A stretch of 64,000 nt of DNA from Nemertoderma westbladi (lineage: Eukaryota > Animalia > Xenacoelomorpha). The notes under the pieces are model-generated. The model made no database searches. It had not been told where the DNA came from and worked only from the letters and a program-made list of their open reading frames with translations. The DNA is taken from assembly GCA_032718475.1 (NCBI GenBank), contig JAUCBJ010006819.1, positions 1 to 64,000 on the forward strand, read 5' to 3'. Position 1 is the stretch's first letter. Each line of letters opens with the position of its first letter. Position numbers and translations under genes: made by a program. This document shows, piece by piece, positions 60,620 through 64,000 of the stretch.

Positions 60620-63600
60620 TTATATTGGCACTTCAAGATTAAATGCAGGAATATTAACTTTAAACTCGACCATATTCTTCGGTCCTATTAGCGGTTTATG
60701 AGTCGCGCTGTCTATATAGTGGAAGGTAAATGAGCCCCACATACAGCCGGCCTTTTCTAGAGGAATATACGACATGTATTTGAATACGGGTTCATCGGGC
60801 GAGAATATTGGTTGTCTACCAACCACGCCGTCGCCGCTGATCTTCTCAAAGTTACCGGGCCCTTCAGATCTGCAAACAATGGTTAACTACATGTTGTTTG
60901 TTTAATAATAACTAGTAAATAGTTCCGATGGTGGGAAAACATCGGCTCATATCAAAATAAGTATTCTGTTTATTGTATTTTATTAGAAATAAATTTAAAT
61001 ACGGAATTTACAATTTGTTTCAACTTTTCTTTTCACTTCTAGGCCTAAACCATCCTACGGAATATAGTGTCGCAATTCAGTGACGCTATTCTTTGGGGGT
61101 GAAAACATTTTACAAATATGTTTTCACTTCAGCTAACTAGCGGTACATACAGATTACCGTCACACAAGGACGCAGGCTCTGTTCTAGCCAAGTTTCAGTT
61201 TGAACGGATTAAAAGCAAAGAAATCGAGAAGTATATTTAATGTTTGTAGCCCTCTAACGGGAGGCTGTTGGAATGATGGTGTCTGGAAGTTTTTAGCATG
61301 TCAAAATGGTGTCGACGACAACGACAACTATTAGCAAAAATTGAGCCACCCACTACCTAACAGTGTCAGTTCGCTAAGGCTCCGGCCGCTCCGCCAACCT
61401 GTGACTCGCAATTTTTATTGAAATAATTATGTCCGATTTATGTAACATCCAACACTCCCTGTGTTATATTCATAAATATGTATTATTTCCCAAATTCTTG
61501 AAAATGGTTTTTATTGATCATCCAGTCCAGAACAACTCACGCTTTCATGTGGGCAAGTTTTTAATTTAGTTAAGCCTCAATTAGTATTAAATAATACTGA
61601 TAAAATTGAGATTGTCTGTAATGTCCAACACAACACTATGGAATAACCCGCGTGTAACTGAAGAATGAAGGTTACAGCGGCATAATGCACTATTCTAACC
61701 AAAACAATAACGAAAGTCAATAGCATAAGTTGCAGCTTCATATATGGGAGCAATCAGCTGATAGTAATCAGATATTTGCGTAGATTTTCCCAAGGAGAGG
61801 ATTAAATATGATTGCTTCAAAAGTAATTTTATGCATTACAGTAAGCCCAACCTGAACTAAACTTACCTGACGCAATTTATTATTTATACAATTTTAATAC
61901 GGGAACTGAAAGAGAAACCTTTGTGATCATAGCAAAGACTTTTCTTTCATTTAATAAACTTGTGGTATGTGCTTCTCATTTTTTCTGATTTATTTAATTA
62001 AGGCGTTTTTTGATTTTTTGAAATAAGGGGATTTTGGGTTTTTTGGGGATCTGATGAGGGTGTGCCTAAGTGCCATAGCTTCGTTAAGTGGATATGTTTC
62101 TGTGCCTTCTATTCTGCCAGTGAAACCAAAACTGATATTTAATGATTTAAAAATTTTCGTTGCTCCGAAACTTTATACAAAAAGTTGCCAGATTGTTTTG
62201 CAAACTCTATGTTGTTAAGGAAAATATTTTATGTGATGTCTGGATTTGTGTAGAAAAAAAATTCTAAAAATAAAAGAGTCATATTTATGACAAATCGAAA
62301 GGCCTATCTTAAGTGAAAAAGACTTAAGTGAGAAAAAATATTACTTAAATTTTAAATTTTAAAAATATTAATACTTATTAGTAGTAAAATCATTCCCCCC
62401 CAACCATATTGTTGTCGTAGTCTCGTAGAAATGTCGTGTAGTGTGAACGAACGTAGTGTGAACGAACGTAGTGTGAACGAAAGTAGTGTGAACGAACGTA
62501 GTGTGAACGAACGTAGTGTGAACGAACGTAGTGTGAACGAACGTAGTGTGAACGAACGTAGTGTGAACGAACGTAGTGTGAACGAACGTAGTGTGAACGA
62601 ACGTAGTGTGAACGAACGTAGTGTGAACGAACGTAGTGTGAACGAACGTAGTGTGAACGAACGTAGTGTGAACGAACGTAGTGTGAACGAACGTAGTGTG
62701 AACGAACGTAGTGTGAACGAACGTAGTGTGAACAATAAACCCACCTTGATAAAACCTTCCATTCCCGGGACAGTAGCTGCATTGTGTTAACCTGATCGAA
62801 GGATTCTATCTGAATGACGTAACGCCACACCTGTTTCAGCATGGCGTCTTCTAAGTGTCCGCTGTATACTGGGACAACGGTTACACCAACGTTGTTCGTA
62901 GTCTGGGTAACCACCGTGGAGAATTCCAGAAGATGTTTAACGTTGGCCAACCAGTGGTGCAGATACTCTGTGGGCTGATAGTGGAAGTTGTCCGTGTAAC
63001 TATCAGGAATCGACTTAAAGAACTTCCCGAACAGTGGGTGCAGCACCGGTGGGGATTCGAACTGTTTGGGTCGCACCAACGGCCCTATCTCCTCGTGGGT
63101 GCAGTAATCGGAGTGGTCGAGAATCTGTTTCTTAGTTCCGTCCCGATAGAAGTTCACGGCGGAATCTGGCAGTCTGAAACTCGCGTACGGGAAGTCGGAC
63201 GGATGCATCATAACTAAATAGTAGTTCTGTTTCTCCGCATGTATCTCAGCTTTAGACGCGTTGTTTTTCCCCGCGGTCGAATTATCTTTCGATAAACTAC
63301 CTAACAGTTGATGCCCCACTGACTGCTCTTTGTGACTCTGTTTCGCATCGGGTTGCACTACCGGTACCGGTAAACCTTTCCGCTCTAAGTCCACTGTCCA
63401 ACCGTTGAGAATGATTCCACGATATCCGAATACTTTGTGGATGAAGATAGTCCCAATGGGGTACAGATCGGAGCTTGGTAGCTGTCTGGAGGAGTACCCT
63501 ACAGGTTCGTATCTCAACGAGACGCCGTGGGGGGTGGTGCACAAATGTTGGGCCGATACCGGGACACAAAGAGGACTTCGTGGTTTTACACAACGTATAG

Positions 63601-63622
63601 CATTGGTAACAATAAACGCCAT
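60620..63622 (-). CDS. POLDIP2: Polymerase delta-interacting protein 2 (YccV + ApaG domains), exons 63622-62745 and 60869-60620, 375 aa
   Basis: GTIFIHKVFGYRGII, TTNNVGVTVVPVY, WRYVIQIE. Splicing AG|GTGGGT...ttgcag|A joins to GDGVVGRQPIFS...FKYMS...MWGSF. Confidence 0.92.
62438..62733. repeat. 15-bp minisatellite (GTAGTGTGAACGAAC), about 20 copies, in the POLDIP2 intron
   Basis: Directly visible; one variant unit. Confidence 0.97.
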
Positions 63623-64000
63623 TTTATTAGTTCGATTTCGATATGATTTACTTTCCTACACTAAACTATACGATAATTTTAGTAGATTTAAGATTTATAC
63701 TACACATCTTTAGCATCCTTTTTTTTACACTACTGCCGTACTGCACAACGTGCCGTATGTCAGTATGTGGTATGAGTGACTATATTGCTGTATGATGATG
63801 ACATAACAGCGTTTTCAAATTCAATTACGCCTTCCTATTTTTCTGCTCTTCTCCCTAGGGTAGCCTACTACTAGTGCTACTACTAACTGCTTTCTACACC
63901 GGTATGTACAGGATGTAATTTTTTTTACTGGGTTTGCACTTTATTTCAGTTTCAATTTTCACAATAGTACGGTGGCTGAATGTGGCCAATTTAATTAATT

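Noticed and set aside
62352-62790. FTLRS and SVNER repeat ORFs, and the SHYVR tail of the 410-aa ORF
   Set aside because: They are products of an intronic 15-bp repeat. The true POLDIP2 C-terminus is in the 60869-60620 exon.

Overview
AT-rich animal (probably invertebrate bilaterian; inferred) genomic DNA, not prokaryotic, with host genes among many transposons. Host genes: a two-exon-plus ADAM-like pseudo-metalloprotease/Ig/transmembrane receptor (9917-12146, -), high-affinity choline transporter SLC5A7 (20800-22548), ILF2/NF45 (26117-27262, -), a lebercilin/LCA5-like gene with an RFX X-box (30164-32107), a 3-exon troponin C/calmodulin-like gene (57636-59822) and 2-exon POLDIP2 (60620-63622, -). 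Most are intron-poor. Mobile DNA: a BEL/Pao LTR retrotransposon (1-8948, -), a non-autonomous hAT element with 8-bp TSD (27392-29559), an apparently intact piggyBac with an intron in its transposase (38434-42430), a foldback element with 9-bp TSD (43188-44387), a second piggyBac with one nonsense codon (45167-48039), RTE-like LINE relics, tRNA-derived SINEs and MITEs. There is also a CRE-clade non-LTR reverse transcriptase fused in frame to about 114 copies of a 30-bp repeat encoding TPPTNATVQQ (50687-56859, -). The most unusual items are the repeat-fused RT, the pseudo-ADAM/Ig receptor and the intron-containing piggyBac. All family calls come from motif recognition by eye, with no database search.
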